DNA of 64,000 nucleotides from Malacoraja senta (Eukaryota): NCBI GenBank assembly GCA_038087875.1, contig JAXLNO010000170.1, positions 124,001 to 188,000 of the forward strand, read 5' to 3'. Shown piece by piece: positions 49,139 to 61,246 of this stretch (position 1 is its first letter; each line of letters starts with the position of its first letter). The notes under the pieces were generated by a model. It saw only the letters and a program-made list of their open reading frames with translations, ran no database searches and was not told where the DNA came from. The position numbers and the translations under genes were made by a program.

Positions 49139-49340
49139 CGATCGATGAAGCGACCGTCTGCAGCTGTAAGGGGATTGCAGCATTGGCGATGGGACGAATG
49201 GTCTTGCTTGGAGCTCCCCTCCGGCACAATCAGTGCTGAGTGCAGACACAGAACCTCACTGGACCGACCACAACCCCGGCGCTAGGAGCTGAGATGTACG
49301 GAGACTCCTTTCAGCAAACACAAGAATCGACTCCAACGTC
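49139..49340 (-). other. Candidate 5' non-coding exon 1 of the SNTX-FN3-GTPase gene copy 1
   Basis: Non-repetitive island ending in a consensus donor CG|GTGAGT at 49139/49138, just downstream of TATA-like and ISRE motifs. The exon at 17050 has an acceptor, so it needs an upstream exon. The start coordinate is estimated. Confidence 0.55.
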
Positions 49341-49365
49341 CGCTGCGATATCTGCAGAGAAAAGC

Positions 49366-49439
49366 TATTTATTCTCCAGAGATCTCCACTCCCGAGATTG
49401 GAATGAATTCGGCGAAAATACACTTTCACTTTCGGTTTT
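49366..49439 (-). promoter_or_regulatory. Candidate interferon-responsive promoter: IRF-E/ISRE, GAS-like site and TATA-like box
   Basis: Minus-strand AAAACCGAAAGTGAAAGT at 49439-49422 (tandem GAAANN, matches IRF1/ISRE consensus), TTCGGCGAA (TTCN3GAA) at 49408-49416, and AATAAATA at 49373-49366. Confidence 0.6.
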
Positions 49440-50469
49440 AATGTGCTGAAACAATGAACAGTCGCACACCTGGTACCTGGCCATAAACGAGGGCGGTGCT
49501 CACCAGATGCAGCAAGCTGGCTTGTAAATATAGGTTTCTTCAACTTTATGTAACCCTTGCTTTGCCTCTCTCTCCATCTACCTCCCTCCCCCCACCCAAT
49601 TCTCTGACTAATGCCACTATCCTGAGTGTCACCGAGATGAGGAAAAACCTTTTCACCCAGAGAGTTGTGAATCTGTGGAATTCTCTGACAATGAAGGCAG
49701 TGGAGGCAAATTCACTGGATGTTTTCAAGAGTTAGAAGAAGTGTTTCGAGCCGAAACATCACCCATTCATTCTCTCCAGAAATGCTGCCTGTCCCGCTGA
49801 GTTACTCTAGCTTTTTGTGTCGATCTTCTGAGAGTTAGATTTAGTTGTTAGGCCTAACAGAATCAAGGGATATGGGGAGAAAGCAGGAACGGGGTACTGA
49901 TTTTGGATGAGTGGCGGTGCTGCCTCAAAGGGCCGAAGGGCTTACTCCCGTACCTATTTTCTAGGTTTCTATGTCCTTTTGATTAATTTGTGTAGGAAGG
50001 AACTGCAGAATTCAGTTTACACTGAAGATAGACAAAGAATGCTGGACTAACTCAGTGAGACAGGGAGCATCGCTGAAGAGAAGGAATGGGTGGTGTTTCA
50101 GGTCGAGACCCTTCTTCAGACCGAGAGTCAGGGGAGAGGGAAACATAGAGATAAGGAATGGTGAGGTGTGAAAATTACAGATCAAGTCAGGAAGGTGAAG
50201 TCAGTCTGAAGAAGGGTCTCGACCCAAAACGTCGCACATTCCTTCTCTCCAGAGATGCTGCCTGTCCCGCTGAGTTACTCCAGCATTTGGTGCCTAACCG
50301 CAGTTTAGTTTAGGTTAGAGATACAGTGCGCAAACAGGCCCTTCGGCCCACCGAGTCCACGCTGACCAGCGATCACCCTGTACACTAACACTATCCTACA
50401 CGCACGAGGGACAATTTACAATTATACCAAACCAATCAGCCTACAAATTGGTACGTTTGTGGTATGGAA

Positions 50470-53320
50470 GGAATTTGAGGAAGGACATTCTTGCAGCGTA
50501 GGTTCACAATGTTAATTCCCGGGATATCGGGACAGTCATATGTTGATAGAATGGAGCGGCTGGGCTTGTATACTCTGGAATTTACAAGGTTGAGAGGGGA
50601 TCTTATTGAAACATATAAGATTATTAAGGGATTAGACACGCTAGAGGTAGGAACCATGTTCCCAATGTTGGGGGAGTCCAGAACCAGAGGCCACAGTTTA
50701 AGAATAAGGGGTAGGCCATTTAGAACGGAGATGAGGAAAAACCTTTTCACCCAGAGAGTTGGGAATCTGTGGAACTCTCTGCCTCAGAAGGCCGTGGAGG
50801 CCAATTCTCTCGATGCTTTCAACAGAGAGTTAGATAGAGCTCTTAAAGATAGTAGAGTCAAGGGATATGGTGAGAAGGCAGGGACAGGGTACTAATACTG
50901 GATGATCAGCCATGATCACAGTGAATGGCGGTGCTGGCCCAAAGCGCCAAATGGCTTACTCCTGCACCTAGTGTCTATTGTTTATTGTCTATCCTTCTAC
51001 ACTCGAGTACAGGGCCAGTAGATGGGACATGTTGGCTGGTGAGAGCAACTTGGGCCGAAGGGCCTGTTTCCATGCTCTATATGACTCAATGGCTCCAGAG
51101 ATGCTGCCCGACCTGCTAAGTTCCCAGTATTTTAATGTTCATGTTCATAAATGCAAGGAGCAAAATTAGGACATTTGGTCCATCGCCATTCAATCATGGC
51201 TGATCTATCTCCCTCCTAACCCTATTCTCCTGCCTTCTCCCCGTAACCTCTGACATCCATACTAACCAAGAATCTATCTATCTCCGCCTTAAAAATATCC
51301 ATTGACGGCCTCCACAGCCCTCTGAGGCAATGAATTCCACAGGTTCACCACCCTCTGACTAAAGAAATCCCTCCTCATCTTCCTAAAGGAACCTTCTTTA
51401 TTTCTGAGGCTGTGACCTCTGGTCCGTGACTCTCCCACCAGTGGCAACATCCTCTCCACATCCACTCTATTCAGGCCGTTCACTATTCGGTAAGTTTGTG
51501 TCTATCTTTGGTGTAAACCAGCATCTGCAGTTCCTTCCTGCAGACTTCCTCCAGCAGTTTGTTTATATTTTGTTGCAACATCCACTGTCTATTTTTCACT
51601 TCAATTTCTGAACTCTGTGGCTTTATGTTAGCTCAAACCACTGTGCGGTATCTGCTAGTTTCCTTTCCTATGTTTAGTTTCTTGTCAGTTTCGAGATACA
51701 GCGAGGAAACAGACCTTCGGCCAACCGAGTCCGCACCGACCAGCAATCCCCGCACATTAACACCACTCTACACACACCACGGACAATTTACATTCATGCC
51801 AAGCCAACTAATCTACAAACCTGAACGTCTTTGGAGTTTGGGTGGAGACTGAAGATCTCAGAGAAACCCCATGGATTGATTTTGTTAGCCCTAAGAGCTA
51901 TATCTAACTCTTGAAAACATACAGTAAATTGGCCTCCATTGCCCTCTGTGGCAGAGAATTCCACAGATTCACAACTCTCTGGGTGGAAAAAGGTTTTCCT
52001 CATCTCAGTCCTATATGGGCTACCCCTTATTCTTAAATTATGACCCCTGGTTAAGGACTCCCCCAACATCGGGAACATTTTTCCTGCATTTAGCCTGTCC
52101 AATCGCTGAAAAATGTTACATGTTACTATAAGATCCCGTCTCATCCTTCTAAATTCCAGTGAATATAAGCCAGTCAACCCATTCTTTCATCATATGTCAG
52201 TCTTGCCATCTCGGGAATTAATCTGGTGAACCTACGCTGACCTCCCTCAATCGCAAGATTGTCCTTCCTCAAATTATAGATGGAAATTGCACACAGTACT
52301 CCAGTTGTGGTCTCACCAGGGCCATGTACAACTGCAGTAGGACCTTGCTCCTATACCTAGAATTAAAACTTTCAGCAGAATGACAGTTTAAACTTCTAAT
52401 AAATAGTTTGCCATCCACTTAACATGCTGAAGAGAAACAATACAATGCATATTGATTTAATCAAACAAAATGAAAGATAGACACAGGAGAAGGAGACACA
52501 GAGATAAGGAAGGGTAAGGTGTGAAAAGGAAAGATCAAATGGGACGAAAGCTGAGGAAAATTTTGTATAGATCATTGTTAGCTAGGGGAACATGACAGTG
52601 AGGCATACAAAGATAAAATTGGTCAGGGATGGAGAGAAAGGGAAAGCAAAGGTTAGTTGAAGTTTGAGAAGTCACTGTTCATACCACTGGGTTGTAAGCT
52701 GCCCAAGAGAAATATGAGGTGCTGTTCCGCCAATTTGTATTTGGCTTCACTCTGACAGTGGAGGAGGCCCAGGAGGAGTGATTTGTAAATGGCAAGTTTG
52801 GTTGAGTTTACTTTAGTTACGGAGACAGAGTGCGATACTTTACGATAGAACTTTATTTATCCCAGGAGGGAAATTGATCTGCCAACAGTTAAAAAAACAC
52901 AAAATACATGAAACATTAAATTAGAGGAGTGGAAAGAATTGGCGTATATTATTTTAACCATGTCCAATTACATACCGATGTTTAGTTAGTGGTTGCGGAG
53001 AGGATGTTTCCACTAGTGGGAGAGTCTCAGACTAGAGGGCACAGCCTCAGAATACAAGTATGTACCTTCAGGAAGGAGATCAGGAGGAATTTATTTAGTC
53101 AGAGGGTGGTGAATCTGTGGAATTCTTTACCACAGAAGGCAGTTGAGCCCAACTCAAAGGATATTTTCAAGGCAGAAATAGATAGATTCTTGATTAGTAT
53201 GGGTGTGAGGGGTTATGGGGAGTAGGCAGGAAAATGGGGTTAGGAGAGATAGATCAGCCATGCTTGATTGGCAGAGTAGAATTGATGGGCGGAATGGCCT
53301 AATTCTGCTCCTATCACTTA
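50470..53320. mobile_element. Cluster of CR1 3' fragments (plus 50470-50990, minus 51190-51490, minus 51875-52345, plus 52990-53320) with SINE/Penelope pieces
   Basis: Repeated ESRTRGHSLRI..FSQRVVNLWNSLPQ.AVE motifs on both strands. Confidence 0.8.
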
Positions 53321-53349
53321 TGAAGTTATGAAAGTCGTCTGTAGTATTT

Positions 53350-54122
53350 CAAGTTCAAGTTACATTTATTCTCACATGCACCAATTAGTACAGTCAGATT
53401 TGAATTACCATACAGCCATACAAATAAAAAAGAACACAATAATCAGAGTTTAACATAAACATCCCCACACAGCGGAATCAACGTTTCCCACTGTGAGGGA
53501 AGGCATAAAAGTTCAGTCATCTTCCTCTTTGTTCACCGTGGTCGGGGCCTTTGAGCCCTCCACAGTCACCGCTACATTGGGCCCGATGTTCAGACCCTCT
53601 CGCCGGAATAATCGAAACTCCGATGTCAGAACGGAGTCCATAGGCCGAGCTGGATGGAGATTCAACACTGGCGACCCTCAGCAAAGGGATCCCAGGACTA
53701 CACAATGTTAAAATCAGCAGTGTTCGCGGCGGGAAGCTCCGCAAACCACAGTTTCACGATGTTCAAGTCAGCAGGCCCAACACTCTGGAGCTTCAACACA
53801 GCGATTCCCGGTAAGGCATTGCCCGCTCTGCGATGGAATTCAACGCTGCTCCACTGCTGAAGAGCTGTCCAGTCTCCAGCAGGAAAGGCCGCACCAATCC
53901 AGATGGTAGGCCGCGAGGGGGGCGCGAAGATGGGACTCGGAGAAAAGATGCATCCTTGACCAGGTAGTGATTGGGAAACAGTTTCCCTCTTCCCCCCTCC
54001 CATGGCCCACATAAAAATGATTAAGAAACCTCCAAAAACATACTTTTAGAAAGACTAAAAACAACAAAAAGGGCGAAAGGACAAACAAACTGCTGGCGAC
54101 GCTGCCACGCGCGGCGCCACCC
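53350..54122 (-). mobile_element. Unclassified non-coding retro-like repeat (related copy at ~56500-57168)
   Basis: The two copies share an end (cacatg.accaatt..gtacagt..accatacagccatac..aacataaacatcc) and an opposite end (aaaggaca.acaaactg.tggcga.gc.gcca..ggcgccaccc). A ttcaagttcaag tail is at ~53349. Confidence 0.55.
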
Positions 54123-54202
54123 GATAAGAGGTAACATTTTGGAGCAAATGATCTTTCATCATTTCTGAAGTTAGATTGTCAATCTGAGTGGTTAAATCTT
54201 TA

Positions 54203-54565
54203 GTGGCGCAGCGGTGGAGTTGCTGCCTTGCAACGCCAGAGTCCCAGGTTTGATCCTGACCCCGCGTGCTGTCTGTACGGAGTTTGTACATTCTATCCTT
54301 TGACCTGCGTGGGGTTTTTCCGGCTGCTTCGGTTTCCTCCCACACTAGAACGATTTCAAAAGCTTTGTAGGTTCATTGGCCCTCTGTAAATTGCACCCAG
54401 TGTGTTGTGAGTGTATGCGAAAGCGGGATAACAGAGAACTAGTGTGAACGGGTGATCGATTCTCAGCGTAGGCTCGTTGGGCCGAAGGTCCTGTTTCTGC
54501 ACTGTATCTCTAAACTAAACTAAACTAAACTAAACTAAACAAAACTAAACTAAACTAAACTAAAC
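54203..54565 (+). mobile_element. Near full-length tRNA-derived SINE (HE1-like); other copies at ~16040-16205, 37715-37990, 46380-46660, 50300-50465, 57460-57765, 59340-59487
   Basis: A-box-like TGGCGCAGCGG, B-box-like GGTTTGATCC, conserved body and (CTAAA)n tail. Confidence 0.8.
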
Positions 54566-55164
54566 GTAAACCCTAAACACCAAACTGCGTGCCACTAAGG
54601 AAAGATTTCAAGATCAATTTAATGTCACATGTACCAATTAAGGTGCAGTAAAATTGGAGTTACCATACTTTAGCCTTGTAAATAAAAAGCAACAAGTGTC
54701 GCTGTGAGGCAGCGACTGTACCGCTGCGCCACTGTGCCTTTAAATAAAGCTATGTTGTATTATTTAGTGTCAGTGAGAGAGCTGTGACCACAGGACAGTG
54801 TCCCTGTTTAAAAAAATAAAAATAAACTCTATACAAAATATTCTTTATTCAGTATAAAAAATATATACTGAGCAAGAACTGTGCAAATAATCTTCCAACA
54901 TTCTGTACATACATTCATTTGCATCGTTATAAACAGCAAATTGCCTAAGTGTGTGTAGGATAGAGTAAGTGTGCGAGGATCACTGGTTGGTGCAGACTCG
55001 GTGGGCCGAAGGGCCTGTTTCCGAGCTATATCTCTCAACTAAACTGAAATTACCCAAATGGGCTTTTTTCAACCCATCTATTTTGAGGGTTTTTTTTCAG
55101 CTGTCCAAGAGAAATATGAGGTGTTGTTCCTCCAATTTGCACTGGGCCTCACTCTAACTGGAGG

Positions 55165-55545
55165 AACAGCACCTCATATTTCGCTTGGGCAGCATACACT
55201 CCAGCGGTATGAACATTGACTTCTCTAACTTCAAGTAACCCTTGTTTTCCCTCTCTCTCCATTCCCTCCTCCTTCCCAGTTCTCCAACCAGTCTGTCTCC
55301 GATTACATTTTATCAGTTTGCTTTGTTGTCACCTTCTCCCAGCTAACAATGATCTATTCTACATTTTCCTTCATCTCCATCCATCCTCTTTGCCCTGTTT
55401 TCACACCTTCACACTTCCTTATCTTCGTATCTCCCCCTCCACTGACGTCAGTCTGAAGAAGGGTCTCGACCCGAAACGTCACCCATTCCTTCTCTCCAGA
55501 GATGATGCCTGTCCTGCTGAATTACTCCAGCTTTTTGTGTCTATA
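55165..55545 (+). mobile_element. Penelope-derived element end with hammerhead-like core
   Basis: A GIY-YIG C-terminus remnant (HLIFRLGSIHSSGMNIDFSNFK*) is followed by CTGAAGA-AGGGTCTCGACCC-GAAA-CGTC at 55453-55480. Confidence 0.7.
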
Positions 55546-58386
55546 ACGATACGGTTCAGTACAGGTATCACTATACATAAACACCTAGATACATCTTAGA
55601 TAAGCATCTCACATACAGTACAAGTGTATAGCATAGTCATAGTCATATAGTCTGGAAACAGGCCCTTTGGCCCACCTTGCCCACCTCTGCCTAACCTGAA
55701 AGGACTGTTGGGGTCCCTGGACAGATTCGAGGGAGCAGGTACAGGGGCAGGTGTTGCATCTACTGCGGTTGCAGGGCAAGGTACCTGGTGAGGGGGTGGT
55801 TTTGTGGGAAGGGATGAGTTAACCAGGGAGTTGTGGGGGAACGCTCTGCGGAAGGTGGAAAGGGATGGAGATGGGAAGATGTGACTAGTCCTCCCTCAAT
55901 AGAGAGTGTTCATTCTCCTTGATTTGTAGCTTCCGGTGACTCTACTCAATTCTCCCAGAACAAGAACCTGATTTCCCAACAAATCGTCAAAGTTTACACA
56001 CACACATTAATTAATCCAAGTGCATCTATGACGTTTAATTCAAAAATTAGTTTCTATTGGAATAAGCCATATATTAATTGCAATACAATGTCAACCAGGC
56101 CTACATGTTTATAAATGCTGAAGCAATAACGTAGTATCATCAGAAACAATAGTCTGTTGGAAAGTTACAGATTACTTCTGAAAGGATAAGACATAGAACA
56201 CAAAGTGCTGGAGTAACTCAGCGGGTCAAGCAGCATTTCTGTAGGATGTGGGCAGGTGACGTTTCAAAATTGGCAGGAGTAAGTTGAAGGGATGGGGCAG
56301 GACAAAGCCTGTCAAGTATCCCCCCCCCCCCACTTTATTTCCAGCTTTCTCTCCCCTATTACATTAGTCTGAAGAAGGATCCCAACCTGAAACGTCACCT
56401 ATCCATTCTTCCAGAGATGCTGCCTGACCCGTTGAATTACTCCAACACTTTGTTCGAAGCAAAAATCCAGCATCTGCAATTCTTCAAAGGTATCAACGGT
56501 CTTTATAGTCACATGTACCAATTAAAGTAGAGTGATATGCGATTACCATACAGCCATACGAAAAAAAAGCAACAAGACACACAACTACATCAAAGTCAAC
56601 ATAAACATCCACCTCCACAGCGGATTCCACGTTCCTCACTATGATGGAAGCCAAAAAAAGTCCAATATTCTTCCTCTTTATTCTCCCGCGGTCGGGGCAG
56701 TCGAATCATTCGCAATTGGAGCGACCGTAGCTCCGGCAGCCAGCGGTCAAATCGCGCGCTTCGGGGTGGTCGAAGCTCCTGCGGCTTGGAGTTCCTGAAG
56801 TCGGTCTCTGATCAGAGACTGTTGGCTCCGTTATGTTAAGTCCGCAAGCACCCACGGTTGGAGCTCCGAGGTCGACCCCTGGTAAAGGGATCGCAGGCTC
56901 CGCGATGTTAAAATCCCGAAGGCGACAGCGGGTGGAGCTCTCAAAATCGGTCTCCAGCAAAGGCCTCCAACTCCTCAATGTTAGAACGCAGAGAGGACAG
57001 AGAAACGATACGGGACAATATCGCATCTCCGTCGAGGTAAGAGATTAGAAAAAGTTTCCCCCAACCCCCCCCCCCCCACGTAAAACATACATTTAACATA
57101 CAATTAAAACACGAAGAAGGAAAGGACAGACAAACTGTTGGCGAGGCAGCCATTGCTGGCGCCACCCGGTGGATTATTTGTGTCTTCAGAAAGAATGTCT
57201 GGTTCAGGTGAGATAGAATTGTTGCACACTATCGATTTCTGCCATTTATCCTATTGGTTTTGGAAGAGAAAACTTATTAAGAATTTACTTAAAAGGGGGA
57301 AGTATATAGAAGGAATCGGGGATAAAATTGATTCCGTGCAAAGAGCAATAAAATGTAATACTGGCAGACAAGATTAAGAACAGGTCCAAAGCATTTTATG
57401 TTTATCCAGTGAAAGGATAAGAGTCATTGGAGACCAATCTCTATGTGGAACCACGAGGTGTAGTTTAATTTTAGTTTGGAGATGCAACACAGAAACAGGC
57501 CCTTCGGCCCCCCGAGACCGCGCCGACCAGCGATCCCCGCACAGTAACGCTATCCTACACACATCAGGGACAATTTACAATTATACCAAGCCAATTAACC
57601 TACAAACCTGTATGCCTTTGGAGTGTGGGAGGAACCTGGAGGTGCTGGAGAAATTCCACACAGTTCATGGGGAGAATGTACAAACTCCGCACAGACAGCA
57701 GCCGTAGTCAGGATCGAACCCTAGACTCTGGCGCTGTGAGGCATCAACTCGACCGCTGTGGCACCATAACAAACAGGTTGAATACTTCTAGTGTTAGATG
57801 TACAGAGTGGTAATTAAAAAATGATTATAAGTGCAAAGAGGGATACAACAGTAACACTGGCAGACAATATTAAGGACAGGCCCAAAGCATTTTATGTGTA
57901 TCCAGTCAAAGGATAGGACCCATTAGGGACCCATCTCCATGTGGAAACACAAAGTATAGGTGAAGTCTGAAATGGAAACCTCTCCTCTGTGTAGGAAGGA
58001 ACTGCAGATGCTGGTTTATACCGAAGATAGACGCAGAAAGATGAAATAACTCAGCGGGTCATGCAGCATCACTGGAGAGGAGGAATGGGTGACGTTTCGG
58101 GTCGAAACCCTTCTTCAGACTGGATAGATCGTTGTTAGCTAGGGGAAAGTGACAACAAAGCAAACAGATACAATGTAATCGGGGATGGTCAGACTGGTCG
58201 GAGATCTGGGAAGGGGCAGGTAGACAAAAATGCTGGAGAAACTCAGCAGGTGTGGCAGCATCTATGGAGCGAAGGAAATAGGCAACGTTTCTGGCCGAAA
58301 CCCTTCTTCAGACTGGAGGGATGGAGAGAGAGGGAAAGCAAGGATTACTTGAATTAAGAGGTCAAAATTTATACTGCTTGGGTACC

Positions 58387-59720
58387 AAGGGCTTGTCCCA
58401 CTTTGCGATTTTTTCGGCGACTGCGAGTGTCAGTGACTGTAAAACTGTCAAGTTGCATGACATACACGCTGATGTATGCTGTCCTGTGGGTGAGGCCCGG
58501 TTAGGTTTAGGGTCAGGGTTAGGGTTAGGGTTAGGGACCACAGATGGGCTGTAAATTATTCTTCCTTCAATGCATGGATTTTAAACATTAATATATTAAA
58601 ATTAATACATTAAAATTAATTGTGTAAATGAAAAGATGTCTGAGTCGTTCAGTTTTACTTACAGATGTATTGGTCCGCTTCCAGCTCCAATCACCGTCTC
58701 TAACTTTTCACAGGGATGGATTCAGTGAGTGTAGACTGAACTCCCCTCTCCCCCCTCCCGCCACATCCCTCCTCCACTCCCCCCCACCCTTCTCCCCCTT
58801 TCTTCCCTTCCCCATCTTCCTCCCTTCTCCCCGCTCCACTCTTCTCCCCCTTCTCCACACCTCCCCCCTCCCCTCACATCCCCTTCTCCCCCTCTCTCTC
58901 TCTCTCTCTCTCTCTCTCCCATTCTTCAACCCATTCTTCACTTTCCCCGACACCACACATTTGTGGACCCAGCCTGTGACAGCTACATCACACTAATAGT
59001 ACTGCACAAAGGCCACATCATCTGTTTTAGTAACATTGACTATGGGATAAATGCACACTTTGGGAACAACACCCCCCATCTCCCCTCTTTGCCCCCTCGC
59101 CTTGCTTCAAAATGGGTGGTGGGTATTTAAACTCAGTGGCCGGAGCAGGTGGGTGGCACTGGTACATTGACAACATTGCCTGTACCCAGTTGAAAAGCCC
59201 GCTGCCTCTGGGGGTTTGGAGAACCCATTGGAAGAGAGATCTGCCTCTGCGACAACTTGTGGCCAACAGTTTAGTTCCCATAAGGAGCAGGTAGAACATT
59301 GGGGGTTTGAGTCCAAGCCCTGGGGCCCCTGCGTCACATTCAGTTCAGAGATACAGTGCCCATCGGCCCACCGAGTCCTCATCGACCAGCAATCCCCCGC
59401 ACACTATCCCACACACGCTAGGGACAATTTATACTTATACCAAGCCTATCAAGCTACAAACCTGTGCGCCTTTGTAGTGTGGGAGTAAACCCTAGCCCTA
59501 ACCCTAACTCTAACCCTAACCGGGCATCACCCGCAGGACATCATACGTCAGCGTGTCTCAGGGCGCACGACATGATGAGACACCCAGATGTCACCCGAAG
59601 ATTTTGAACATTCCAAAACCCAGGGGCGGCAGGGAGACACCATGCATCACTACATGCGTCATCCCGACCACGCTGCGACAACCTCTTTTCAGAAATGTCG
59701 CCCAAGTGGGACAGGCCCTT
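58387..59720. mobile_element. Non-autonomous TIR DNA transposon (PIF/Harbinger-like MITE) with long inverted arms containing TTAGGG repeats
   Basis: TIRs are aagggcttgtcccactt and aagtgggacaggccctt. The element splits a Penelope-derived repeat that is uninterrupted in the paralogous block at ~10520-10560. Confidence 0.7.
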
Positions 59721-59869
59721 AAGTTGTCCAACCTAAATATGAGGTGCTTCTCCTCCAATTTGCGCTGGGCCTCGCTCTGACCTCTGCTCTGTATTTACTG
59801 AAGGGAAGGATATTGCATTTCTTGAACCTTAGAACATGTTACCATTAAAAAGGAAATATTATATACCTT

Positions 59870-61082
59870 GGATGAGATTTACGATGGATGTAGCCCAGGC
59901 TGCTATGGGAGATTGCTTTGAGTCTGGCAGAGATTCTTACTGTTCACTTTAACGAGTGAAGTGCAAGAAGTCAGGAGGACAGCAAATGTGGTCCCTTTAT
60001 TTGAGAAGGGCAGCGGGGATAAACCAGGTAATTCCAGGGCTCTGAACCTAACGTCACTCGTAGAGAAGATATGGGGAATAAAGCTGAGGCACAGGACTGC
60101 TGTACACTTGCACAGTGGGAAGAGTCTTGTTTGGGGAAGCATTTATTTCTAGAGGACTAGAATACAAAAAATATGGGTGTGATGATGAAGCTTTATATGG
60201 TGCTGGTTAGACCACATTTGGATTAATGCGAGCAATTATCTCCTTAGCAGATAGCCTCATATCTGAAGAAGGTGCTGGAGACTGTCCAGAAGAGGTTTAC
60301 TAGAATAATCCCAGGAATGAGTGGGTTAACATATGATGAGCATTTGACGGCACTGGGCCTCTACTCGCTGGAGTTTAGAAGAATGAGGGGGGACTTTATT
60401 GAAACTTACTGAATCAGTGAAAGGCCTAGATAGAGTGGATGTGGAGAGGATGTTTCCCCTCGTGGGAGAGTCTAGGATCAGAGGCCATATCAGAATAAAA
60501 GGACGTACCTTTAGAAAGGAGACGAGGAGGAATGTTGTTAGTCAGAGGATGGTGAATCTGTGGAATTCAATGGCAAGTCAATGGCCATTTTTAAAGTGTA
60601 GATTTCTACTCCACCATTCAATCATGGCTGATCTATCTCTCTCTCCCAAACTCATTCTCGTGCCTTCTCCCCATAACCCTCGACACCCATACTAATCAAG
60701 AATCCAACTATTTCTGCCTGAAAGATATCCATTGACTTGGCCTCCACACCTGTCTGTGGCAAAGAATTCCACAGATTCAGCACCCTCTGACAATAGACAT
60801 TATTCCTCATCTCCTTAAAAGAACATCCTTTAATTCTGAGGCTGTGACCTCTGGTCTTAGACTCTCCCACTAATGTAAACATCCTCATCACATCCACTCT
60901 ATCCAGGCCTTTCACTATTCGATAAGTTCCAATGAGATCCCCCCTCATTCTTCTAAACTCCAGCGAGTAGAGGCCCAGTGCCGTCCAACGCTCTTCATAT
61001 GTTAACCCACTCATTCCTGGGAGCATTCCAATAAACCTCCTATGGACCCTCTCCAACGTCAGAAAACCCTTCCTCAGATAAG
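59870..61082. mobile_element. Degenerate CR1 fragments, paralogous to 10680-12125
   Basis: Same order, orientation and junctions as the flank of gene copy 1. Confidence 0.8.
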
Positions 61083-61246
61083 GGTATTATGGGAATATGT
61101 TGAGAAGGAGGCAGCTTTGAGGAAGGAAGGTTCAGTGTGAAAGGCTATGGGCAGATGGGGGAGGAGAAGGATGAGGAATTAGAATGAGGATTTGTGTATC
61201 GGTTGAGTGAAACACACTGGAAAACAGCTGGAATGTTTCTCAGTTA

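Noticed and set aside
54203..54275. tRNA gene
   Set aside because: The A and B boxes belong to a multi-copy SINE head. There is no complete cloverleaf, and a SINE body and tail follow.
58500..59521. Ancestral telomere-telomere chromosome fusion site
   Set aside because: The tracts are only ~6 units, degenerate, ~950 bp apart, symmetric within TIR arms, and absent from the paralogous block.
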